Source: Rhynchobatus australiae (Eukaryota). Taken from it: 64,000 bases of DNA. The translations under genes and the position numbers were made by a program. Shown here in pieces: positions 36,501 through 48,500 of the stretch; the first letter of the stretch is position 1; each line of letters starts with the position of its first letter. Where the stretch lies: contig JAUZTB010000070.1 in assembly GCA_034780895.1 (NCBI GenBank), positions 15,486,103 through 15,550,102 on the forward strand, read 5' to 3'. The notes beneath the pieces are model-generated. The model was not told the DNA's origin. It saw nothing but the letters and a program-made list of their open reading frames with translations, and searched no databases.

Positions 36501-39500
36501 TGATGCAGTGAGTTACGTGTGACCAGTCACCTTTGGCACAAACAACCTGAAACCAGCCCGTAAGGACCCTCTGCCAGCTGTTAAATCCTTGGGGAGCAAA
36601 CTTGCTGAGTCTCAGCCAAGAGCCACATGAAGGGACCCTACAGTGATCCAGGTCCACAAGAAACTGATAACCTTGTTCACCTTCAGGAGGCCAGTGTTTA
36701 AGGGGACAGTGTAGGGGAGCTGTACACTGCATCTAACCTGTGTTGTTCCTGCACTGGCAGTGTGTGACGGGACAGTACAGAGGGAGCTTTACTCTGTTTC
36801 TAACCTGTGTCTGCTCTGGGAGTATTTGATGGGGACAGGGTAAAGGCAGTTTAACCCTGTATCTAAAACATGCCATCCCTACCCTGGAGCATGTGACAGG
36901 ACAGTGGAGAGGGAGCTTTACCCTGTATCAAACATGCCTCACTGATAACCCCCCCGGCTCTTATGCCTCCAACCGCACCAAGTGCTACACCTGTCCCTAC
37001 ACCTCCCTCACCGCCATTCAGGGTCCCAACAATCCTTCCAGGTGAGGCAGCACTTCACCTATAAGTCCGAGGGTGTCATTTATTGCATCCGGTCCTCCCA
37101 ATGTGGCCTCCTGTACATCAGCGAGACCCGACACAGATTGGGTGACCACTTCATCGACGACCTTCACTCCATCCGCTGCTACAGCCAGGACCTCCCGGTG
37201 GCCATCCACTTCAATTCCACATCCCACCCCCACACTGACATGTCTGTCCACGGCCTCCTCGACTGCCACATTGAGGCCAGACACAGGTTGGAGGAACAAC
37301 ACTTCATATTCAGCCTTGGGAGTCTCCTACTTGACGGCTTTCTTTAACTTCCAGTAATCCCACCCCTTCTTTTTCTTCCTCCCCCAATCCTTTGTCTTCG
37401 CTTATTCCTGTGGCTCCCTTCCCCCACCTTGACCTGCCCATCTCCTCTCCTCCCCTCTCCCTCCCTTTATTCCATGGTCCACTGTCCTCTTCTACCAGAT
37501 TCTTCCTTCTTCAGCCCTTTGCCTCTTCTACCGATCACCTCTCAGCTTATACATCATTTCCCCCTCCTCCACCCACTTACCTTCCCCCCTCACCCTGGAC
37601 TCACCGATCACCTGCCTGCATGTGCTCCTCCCCCTCCCCCCCCACCCCCCTGACCTTCTTGTTCTGGCTTCTGCCCTCTTCCTCTCCAGTCCTGATGAAG
37701 GGTCTCGGCCCGAAACGTCGACTGTTTATTTCTCTCCATGGATGCTGCCNNNNNNNNNNNNNNNNNNNNNNNNNNNNNNNNNNNNNNNNNNNNNNNNNNN
37801 NNNNNNNNNNNNNNNNNNNNNNNNNNNNNNNNNNNNNNNNNNNNNNNNNGTCTCGGCCCGAAACGTCGACTGTTTATTTCTCTCCATGGATGCTGCCTGA
37901 CCTGCTGAGTTCCTCCAGCACTTTTTGTGTATTGCTCCAGAGTCCAGCATCTGCAGAGCTTTTTGTGTCTTTGACATGCACTGTCCTTGCTTTGTAGTAA
38001 TGGAAAACAAATAAAAACTGCAGATGTGGAATTCAAAACAAAAACAGAAGTGCTGGAAGAACTCAGCCAATCTGTAGGACAGTCCTCCCAATTCTAGCCA
38101 CTAACATCTTTTACAAGCCCATAGTCTTCCATAGCTACCTTGACCATACATCCTCTCACCCAGCCTCCTGTAAGGCCACCATTCCTTTTTCCCCAGTTTC
38201 CATGTTTCCATTGTATTTGTTCCAGTGGTAAGGCCTTCCACTCTTGTGGCTTTCAAATGTCCTCCTCTTCCTGACATATGGCTTCCCCCTCTGCCATAAT
38301 GGATTGAGCTCTCCACTGCAATTCCTCTATTTCCTGCATGTCTGCTCTCACCAAACCTTCTTTCCACTTGGACAGAACAAAGATGGCACTCCCCTGGCAT
38401 TCACCTTCCACCTCACCAGCCTTCGTATTCAATCCTTTCCAATTTCCGCTGGCTCCAACACAATCCCACCATCAGTCACATTTTTCCCTTTCTGCATTTT
38501 GCAGGGGACCACTCACCTTGTGACTCCCTGGTCTGCTCTCTGTCTTCACCCACCACTCCCTGTCTCGTAGCACCTTCCCATGGAGCTGGAGGAGATGCAA
38601 CTCCTGTCCATTCCTCTTCTCCCCCACCATCCAGGGCCCCAAACTATCATTCCAGGTGAAGCAGTAATTCACTTGCACTTTGTCTAATATAGTGTTCTGC
38701 ATTCAGTGTTCACAATGTGGTCTCAACCACAATGAAGAAACCAAACACAGACTGGCTGATCACTTTGTGAAGCACCTGTGCTCAATCAGCAGAGGTAATC
38801 TTAAGCTTCCTGTTGCGTGCCACATTAATTCTCAATCCCATTCCCATTCTGACCTGTCTGTCTGTGACTTCCTTCACTGCTGCAGCAAGGCCCAATGTAT
38901 CTGAAGAATGACATCTTATCTTCCACTTGGTATTTTGCAACCTTCTAGAATGAGCATTGAATTTTCCCACATCCAGATGAAGGGCCTCAACCCAAAACGT
39001 CAACAACAGATGCTGCTCAAGTTCCTCCAGTTTCTTGTTTGTAGCAATGTTTGATGCTGACTTTAGATCTTGTATTCTATCAGTCTAAGAACTGAGCTAT
39101 CAGTAGTTATTATGAAAAGGGACCAATATTTCTCCTCCTTCCTCCTTTAAGATACACCTTAATGCTCATCTCTGGCCAAGCTTTTGGTCATCACCTTGAT
39201 ATTTTCGACGTTCTTCACTCTTGATTTGTTTGACACTTACTGCTGTGAAGCACCTTTGAAAACTTTAGAGGGTCGTAGGGCTCGGGAGATCACAGGGACA
39301 GGAAAGGCAGAAGATATTAAGGGATCTGAAAGAAGCAGCAGAATTTTAAAATCTAGGTGTTAGCAGGCAGGCAGCCAGGGTAGGTCAGGAAGGAGAATGA
39401 GCTGATGGCGGAAAGTCGCAGAGGAGATGGAATGTCAGGCAGCAGTGGCCGGGTGAGACAAAGTTTGGTTTGTACAGGGAGGGAGATGGGGCAGAGAACA

Positions 39501-42500
39501 AGAACCCTGAACCAAACAGCTTTCTTCAGCATTCCCAGCCCAAACCATTCCCAGCTGGATACGAGAGAAGGGGTTAAAACTCCTCCCCCACCTCACTGCA
39601 ACCACCCACTAAATCTGGAATCATTCCTCAAGGAATCTTTTCAACTCCCTGACCCAAATTCCTGACATAACTTGCATACCATGCAGAGAGAAAAAGAGAG
39701 AGGGAGGGAGGGAGAGAGAGCGGGAGAGAGAAAGAACACGAGGGAGACAGAGGGAGACTAAAAAGGAGTTGGTGATGGATGGAAGAGGAGAGAGTTAGAT
39801 TGAGAGAAAGAATAGAAGAGAAAAATAAGAGAGAAAGAAAAAGAGAGAATGAGAGTGAGAAAAAGAGGGAAAGAAAAGAGAGACAGAAGAGTTTGGAGAG
39901 AGAATTCCAAAGGTACTGTCTTGGTATCTGAAGATATGGTTTCAATTGCAAAGTGATTAAATTTGGGGAGGCTAGAATTGGAGAAGCAGGGTACCTGTGG
40001 GTCTAGAAGAGGTTAGGCAGAGTGACAGGTGAAGCACTGGAAGGCTTCAACACAAGGATGATAATTTTTCAAACGGATGTTGCAGCAAGACACAAGCTGC
40101 TGGGTCTGAGCTTGGCAAAGAACCAAGGGTCACGTGTGCAGACTGGGAACAGACTTGGGTCATCAAAGGATCAAAGTCTGAGACCAACAATACAGAGCAT
40201 CTGACCTTGTGCTCAGAAGCAGCTGGTCAGAACTAGTGGCTAGGCAGCTCTGCTCTTCACTAGAATCCTGAATCTGGTCTCTCACTACAGTTCCTGCACA
40301 GATAAAGAGCCATGTCTTGCTCCCTTACCCAACAGCATCTGGTTACCACAACAACACACTTTAATGAATTAAAAACAAATCCTGCCCCTTGGGTAAAAAT
40401 GCTGCCAAAATAACAAGAACCTGATAGAAGCCCACCAGAGTTTGTCTCTGAGCCTGGTCTCGCTCTCTTCCAGCCGGGGACTGTCAGCAGCCCCCGGCTC
40501 CAAGCACCAGCTGTAGGTCGGCAGTCCACGTGCAGGGCTGTGTAAGCGCAGGCAGTCCACGTGCAGGGCTGTGTAAGCGCAGGCAGTTATTGGGTTGGGC
40601 TGCACAGTGTACTTGCAGTCTATGTTTGGGGTTTGTGAGAGCAGTGCTAGTCTGCACATGGGGCAGAGTAAGCACTACCATTTTATGTGTTAGTCTGTGG
40701 ACCTTAATTGGTCTGTGTTTGGGACTGTTTAGTTCCTAGTAGTCTATGTTTGGTGTAATGCAAGTACTAACAGACTGCATTTGGGGTTGTATGGGACAGT
40801 GAACTGACAGGGTGCCACACTCACCGTATTTCTGCACTTCAAACGTTTTGTTGTACGTGTATCCTTGAAGCTCCACGAAGATTATCCACTCTCCAATCAC
40901 CGGCTGGTCCGATAGCGGGAAGCTCATATTTACAATCCCTGCAATGAAGCAAAGATGGGATGTTTCTCTCTAAAGCAGGAGAGAAGGAGTTTGCTTATTC
41001 AATTCTTTGCAGAGCTGGGCAGTGATGGACACAGAACCCCACAGATCTGAGTATCAGCCTGCAATCCCAGTGACACCAAGCAGTGAATCCCACTCTCCTN
41101 NNNNNNNNNNNNNNNNNNNNNNNNNNNNNNNNNNNNNNNNNNNNNNNNNNNNNNNNNNNNNNNNNNNNNNNNNNNNNNNNNNNNNNNNNNNNNNNNNNNT
41201 CTCCTCTCTTCACAAAGGCACTCCCCACCCTCCCACTCACCCCCTTTGTGAAGAGAGGAGAGTGGGGTTCACTCAATATTGAGGAATCTATCAACCTCTG
41301 TTTTGAATGTAATCAATGATTGAACCACCACAGCCCTCCAAAGGTGAAGAATTCCAATTTCATAATAATTTCTCCTCATCTCGGTCCTAAATGACCTACC
41401 CCCTATTTTGAGACAGTGACCCTTGATTTTAAGCTCCCTAGTCAGGGAATACCTCTTCCCTGAATCTGTCCTGTTCAGCCATGTTTCAATGAGCTCACCT
41501 CATTCTTCTAGACTCTAAAGAGACCAGTCCACTCAATAGCTTCTCACGTGACAGACCTGCCATCCCAGGAACAGATGTGGTGAAACTTTGCTACACTTCC
41601 TCCATAACATGTATATTCTATCGTTCCCCAGGGTGGGTGAAGTCTGCTGGGCCTCCATGCCTGGGTGTTTCCCAACACCACTGTCTGGAAATGTGGGGAA
41701 TTAGGTCAGGCTGGTGTGATGGCCGATGCCATCCATGGCCAAATGCCTTGACAGGCTCTCATCTTGATAGTGCACTCAGGTTCAGTACTCAGGAGTCTGT
41801 GGGACCCACCTCCCAGACACATTCACTGCCCAAGGAAGAGGGGGACTGTCAAATGGAAAGGGGGTAATTTCTATGGAGTTTAGCTACTGTTAGTGAGTTG
41901 ACTGATGATTGGGATTTGTAGGAAATCAACATTCACCCTAACAAACTGCTGTTGGGGATAATTTTATGGGAATTTCAGAAAATTAATTGCATGGCTTACC
42001 ACAACAGACAGGCTTCAGATCATTCCACTGGATCATTCGGGACCCTCGGGGATCCTGAGGAAGAGACCACAATGAGAGAGATGCAGAGGCTAATGGGACC
42101 TTACCCCATGGCAGAATATTGCCCAAACAACATCTGCCCTTCACTAAGCACACCCCTTCACATGCTGAAGGGATGGTGTCTGTGATTCCCCCACAAGGTG
42201 ATGGGACAAGGTCCATAATTGCCTGACACAAATTGAAGGGTGTTTGTGCTTGTGAATCCCCCATATGCACATCTTATTTCAATCACTTGCTCCCATTTTC
42301 TGTTTAATCCTAACCATGCACTCCCTCACAGACAGAGGCTGGGATGGGGGTGTCATGGTTCTGAGTACTGGCCCTCGATTTGGCTCCTTAGATGCCTCAT
42401 TGTCCAGCACATGGATTCCATGCTGGTCTGATTGCATAACAACACACACCTGAGCCCCATCAGGGGCCTAGCATAAGTACCTGGGTTTCTCTAGCACTAG

Positions 42501-45500
42501 TTGCNNNNNNNNNNNNNNNNNNNNNNNNNNNNNNNNNNNNNNNNNNNNNNNNNNNNNNNNNNNNNNNNNNNNNNNNNNNNNNNNNNNNNNNNNNNNNNNN
42601 NNNNCCAGCCCACAATGTTGTGCTAACATTTTACCCTGCTCTAAGATCTATCTAACCCTTCCCTCCCACATAGCCTCCCATTTCTCTATCATTCATGTGT
42701 CAATCCAAGGGTCTCTTAAATGTCCCTATCTATGGGGTATTTTTTGGTTCATTCCATTGATGCTGCATGGGATGGGTTACTCCAGATATCAGGGGAAATA
42801 TCTTTGTTTGGGAGCTCGTCTGTTGGCATGGGGAAATTCTATACTGTGCAGGATTAGGTGTGGCTGATGCCCTGAAATCACCAGATGCCAGACCCTGAGC
42901 TCAGATTTTCATTCAGGTGAGGCTCCAGGTATAGTCTTCAGCTGGGAGCCCAGCTCCCACTACTGCAGTGTGGCACAGTGCAGACTGGGGCTGTCTCAGT
43001 GAAAACTGCTGCAGTCAGCTGGTCAATGAGGTCCTGCCTCAGTGGTGTGTGTCACTGAATGCTATTGAGTGTCTTTTTCTTGCATTTAATGCACAAGAAG
43101 CCACACACACTGAAAATTATTTCAACCATTGAAACTCAATTGTGTAATCACATAACAAAATGTGCTCAACTTACATTTTCTCAGTAACCATTTCTTCCCA
43201 TTCTTTGCACTTGAGCCAAGTTATGGACAGACTTCCCCTTCTGACAGGAGGGAAGCTTGAAAACTGTGAGGCACTACCGGCTTGGCACAGCTGCTGATAC
43301 CAGCTTGGACTTGCACCATCACCGGGCACCAGGACTCTTCACGGAAACACCGGTAAGTCCTGGCATCAATAATGGGGTCAGGGAGCAAGATCTTGTCCAA
43401 ATTTTCAATCAACTTCAAGAGGCAAGTTTTGAGCTGCTGCTTCTATTGGGAATACATTTTTATAATACTGTGTTTGCTGTGCCTCAGTTATAAGTTCATC
43501 TGCATCCATAAGAAGCTTACTGAATAAAGTTTCATTGCCAATGGCAATATTACAGAGGGTGTGCTGCTGCAGTGGATATGCCAAATGGAATTGATTAACA
43601 TGTCTCCCTGGAAGTTTCCCTTTACCAACCCATGCTATGATTCTGTTAATTTTATCACTTTCTAAGTTCCTTATTTCACATGATCCTGGTGAACATTACA
43701 TGAGGTTTCACCACTTAACTCCATGTGAGCTCCATTTAGGTTTCTTACTTCTGAGACAGCTCTTTTAGATCGAGGTTGAGTTGTTTCCATTGTCATTTCT
43801 GAGGTGAACGATGAGGCCAACAAAGGACCCAAACACACTACCACAGATGTGGGAGGAGGGGATAGACGTGCTGGCGGTTTGTGAGGTGGTTCATTCTTTT
43901 CAGTGTGTGTGCTGGACTTCTGCATGTTCTCAATGCTTGAACTTGGGGTTCCCAGAGCCATCCTGTGTCATGGTTCTGAGTACTGGCCCTCAGTTTGGCT
44001 CCTTTAATGCTTTGTTGTACAGCACATGGATTCCATGCCGGACTGATTGCATAACGACACATACCTGAGCCCCATCAGGGGCCTAGCATAAGTACCTGGG
44101 TTTCTCGAGCACTAGTTGCCAGAGTATTGGTCAACCTTTGGCTCCTGGCTGCTTAGAGTTGTCTACTCTAGAGCAGTCCTGTGTTCTCTATTCCTTTTTG
44201 AATATCCAGTTTGTGTTGGGATTCCTCTTCAGATCTCTGAGGCAAGATTCCTTCCAGTTGCTGCCAGTGTTTGGTCCTGAGGAAGTATCCTGACTCCAGT
44301 CCTGTACCAGTGTGCTACATCTGGGTTGTCTGTGAGCTTGCTCTTTGCTCAACATTGTGACAGGGGTATTGCAACCCATAGATGTCCTCCCAGAGGAACA
44401 GGCCCTACTGTGTGCAGTTCCCTGGTTGATGCAGTTGCTGTGGGCAGGGCAGAACATAGTGTAAAACACCAGTTCTCTGAGGCAGCAGCAACACTGGTGG
44501 AGTCAGCCTTTGTTTGTGGATCTTTCATTGTGTCAGTCTGGTACAGTGAAAAGAAGGAAAAGCAGGAGAGAGAGAGACAGTGATGGATAATGTGGAAAGA
44601 GAAAGGTTGGAGAAACTGACAGACAGTACGCAGAATAAAGACTGGGATCGCTCTCTGTCAGAGAAGATAAAATGACTGTGGGAGACAGATGTCCAACAGA
44701 TAACAGAGTGCCTTTAACATCCAAGATGTGACCATACATGCTTCTGGTTGGACAGTAACTCCCTGGAACTCACCACGATATAGGCTTCCACCTGTAAGAG
44801 AGTGATATCTGAATGAGGATTCAATGACTCACTTCAATAACATTCCTGAATGACTAAGAGGTTCAGTCCCTATAATATATACAGGCAACATTGATACCCA
44901 TATTGCCACAAGCCTTTCTACAGAGCCCAGCAGTTGTACCCAATTTTCCCACTCACTCTAATGACTGATCCTAACAAATCCCATTTATCCTCCAACACAG
45001 CAACAAATAACACAAAATGCAAACAGGAGGCACCAGTGAATGAGAAAAACACTGAAAGGATCCAGGTACTTTATTAACACAGATTTTCTGTTCACATCTA
45101 AACCTTCTCTTCAGACTGTGTCCACTCAATAAAAGTGACCATGATGGTGTGGAATTGTGTAAAAAAAACACATCTGTCTCACTAATGCCCTTTAGGAAAG
45201 GAAACTTACCACCTTTATCCTGTCTATGGCTGTATGTGACTCCAGCCCCACAACAACCTGGCATTAAAACTGCCCTCAAAAGAGGCTTTGCAAACCCTCA
45301 TTTGCCTGGAAACAGTTACAAGGATTAACACACAAACAATGGGGAATCAAGGTAGCTCATCACCACTTTCTCAGTGTAGCTAGGCAGTGGAAAACCATGG
45401 CAGAGAATGAGAGAGACACAACGCTGACACCAAATCAACAAAACTATTGATGAGGTCCAAGAGCAATCAGAATGTCTTTCTTTTTCATTCACAGGATAAA

Positions 45501-48500
45501 AACATCACTGAAAATGCCAGCATTTATTTTGCATTCCTAATTACCCCTAAAATGAGGAAAGAGTCAACCACATTGGTAGATCTAGAGTAATACTGAAGCC
45601 AGACTTGGTCAGGATGACAGTTTCCTCCCCTGAAGGAGGGCGTTATTGACCCAGATGGTTTTACAACCATCTGCTTGTTTCATGGCCACCTTTACTAAGG
45701 CTGGCACTTTCTTTATTCCAGATTTATTTAATTACCTCAAGTTACATTCCCCAGCTGCCTTGGTGGGATTCAAACTCATGTCGCTGGAACAACAATCCAA
45801 AGCTCTGGCTGCTGAACCAGTAATTTAACCACTATGCTGCCATGCTAATCTGTACGCTTAGAAACATCACTGGCCAAGACAGGAATGCTCAAACCATCTT
45901 CAAAACTTGTGTCCTGTTAGGAGCCAGATGACAGGTTGGAACATATTTTGGGGGATAGCCAATGCAAACCACGGCTTCACAGCTGGACGTGGAGCTAACA
46001 TGGGTTTGCAGGAAGACAGTGCTTCAGTCCAAGCTCCCGATCCATTCCCAATTAATCCAGGACTTCATTTAGACTGTTGACAGTCTGAGAGTCAATCTGA
46101 GGTGAACCCAACTATTCTCAGCTCTCCTGGTACACCCAGGGTTTAACAATAGGATGGAAATGAATTCCCTGCCACTGTTGCTGCTCACATTTCATTGGAT
46201 AGGTCAGTCTTTCTGCTTATTCAATCTATGCACAAACCCAGAAGCTGGCAGAGACTGAGTGAGAAATCCTACCTTCTGATTGGTGGGTCGGAGGTCAGGG
46301 GTGACGGTGAACACATTAATCAACACTGTGAAGGAAAGAGAGGAGAAAGGCACCAGTGAAAAAAATAGCACAATTGATGCTTTTACAAAATACATATTGC
46401 ATGCTGCCTCAATCCCAGATGGGGGCTCCAGCTCTGTGATATTTCTGTGGCCCTCCCATTCTGGCAGTTTTATTACCCCCAAGTTTAATCACCCCACAAC
46501 TGGTGGCCGTGCTCTCAGTGGTCTTACCCCTAAGCTCAGGAATTCTGTCCTCTCATACCTCCTCTAAACTCTCCTTAAAATTTATCATTTTGACTAACCT
46601 TTTGGTTACCTCTCCAAACATCTCATTAAGTGGCTCAATCTGTGAAGTGCCATGAGTCACTTGATTAAGATAAAGGCACCACATAAATGCAACTAGCGGT
46701 TGTTGTGTCACATAGAGTGAAATAGGGACATAAAACGTGCGGATACTGACTGTACTTTTTCCCAATTAACTTAAATCTCTACCCTCTGGTTACCAACAAA
46801 GAGAAAGAAGAGGGAAAAAGGATAAAGAAATCCAACAAAAAGGAGAAAGCGAAATAATAAATGAGAGAGAGCAAGAGGGAGCGGGAGAAGGAAGAAAGAA
46901 TGCCAGTAAATGGGAAAAGAAAAAAAGAGAATGACAGAGAGAAAGAAGGGATGAACAAGAGAAGGGGCAGAGGCTAGAATGAAAAAGCGAGCTCGCAGAT
47001 ACAAGGTGTATGTATATAGGGCACATTAAACAGGAACATTTAGTCTTTATGGATTGAAGTAATAGAACACCAAATTCGTGCAGTTCTCCCTCAGTACAGT
47101 CCCTCCAAGGACTTAAATTCATGACTTTACAATCTGAGACGTGAGCTACATTGAAATGCTTGGGTATTGAAGGCATTCTCTCCCTCCTTCCATTCATCTC
47201 CATCCCCCTTCCCTTCCTCCTGGTATCTCAGCATTTAATACAAGGTGATGCATCCCGAGACTCAGGTCATGGGGAGTGCAGAGGTGGGTGATGGAGGTCC
47301 ACCTTTCTGCTTTGGTTTATAGACAGGTTTGTCTGTCTGGATAAACACTGACGATCCCTTAGAATCAATGGTGACTGTTGTGAAGTTGTGGAAGATGTAG
47401 CCATCGTCGGTGAGATATCGATTGCCCCACACTTTTAACTGAGCCTGTCCACTGAATCCTTGCGGCACCTAGGAGATAAAGGAGAGAGGTTAAATAGGGA
47501 GGAATTGGGTGGAAAGTGACTGCAGGTCACTTTACAATCCCTGACAGTGAACATATATTTTATTTATTCAGGATCTTTGCAATGCTGGCAAAACCTGCAT
47601 TTATTATCCATACTTAAAAGCCCATGAAAAGGTGGTGTTGAAATACCAACTTAAACTGCTGCAGTCTTTCTGATGAAACTACTCCCACAGTAGTATTGGG
47701 AAGGGAGTACAGGGGCTCTCAGGGTTACAAATGACCTAACTTGCAGAAATACGACTTTATACAAATTCTCCCATACATTTTTAAAGCATTTTTCAATCTA
47801 ATAACAAGAATAATAAAATGTTTCATGGTATTCATTAATGACTGAATATAACATATATTCCATTATTTTTGTTATGGGTAATGTTAGGGAGATTATTCAA
47901 TGAAATAAAAGTATTATAGTGTGTGTATGTAGAGCTGGGTTACTTTAGAAAATTGATGTCTCTGACAGGGAGAAATTGGCTTACATATAGTGCTCAGGTA
48001 TGGAACCTGCTGCAACTGTACAGGGTACTGGTGAGGCTGCACCTGGAGCACTGCGTACAGTCTGGTCTCCTTACTTGAGGAAAGATATACTGGCTCTGGA
48101 GACGGTGCAGAGGAGGTTCACCAAGTTGATTCCGGAGATGAGGGCATTAGCCTATGAGGACAGGTTGAGTCGCCTGGGACTATGCTCGCCGGAATTCAGA
48201 AGAATGAGAGGGGATGTTATAGAAACATATAACATTTATGAAAGAGGTAGATAAGATAGAGGCAGGAAGGTTGTTTCCACTGGTAGGTGAGACTAGAACT
48301 AGGGGAACAGATTCAGGGGAATAGAATTAGGACAGATGAGGAGAAACTGCTTTTCTCAGAGAGTAGTGAATCTGTGGAATTCTCTACACAGCAAAGCAGT
48401 AGACGCTACCTCATTAAATATATTTAAGACACAGTTAGATATTTACAGAGTAGGGGAATGAAGGGTTATGGAGAAAAGGCAGATAGGTGGATCTGAGTCC

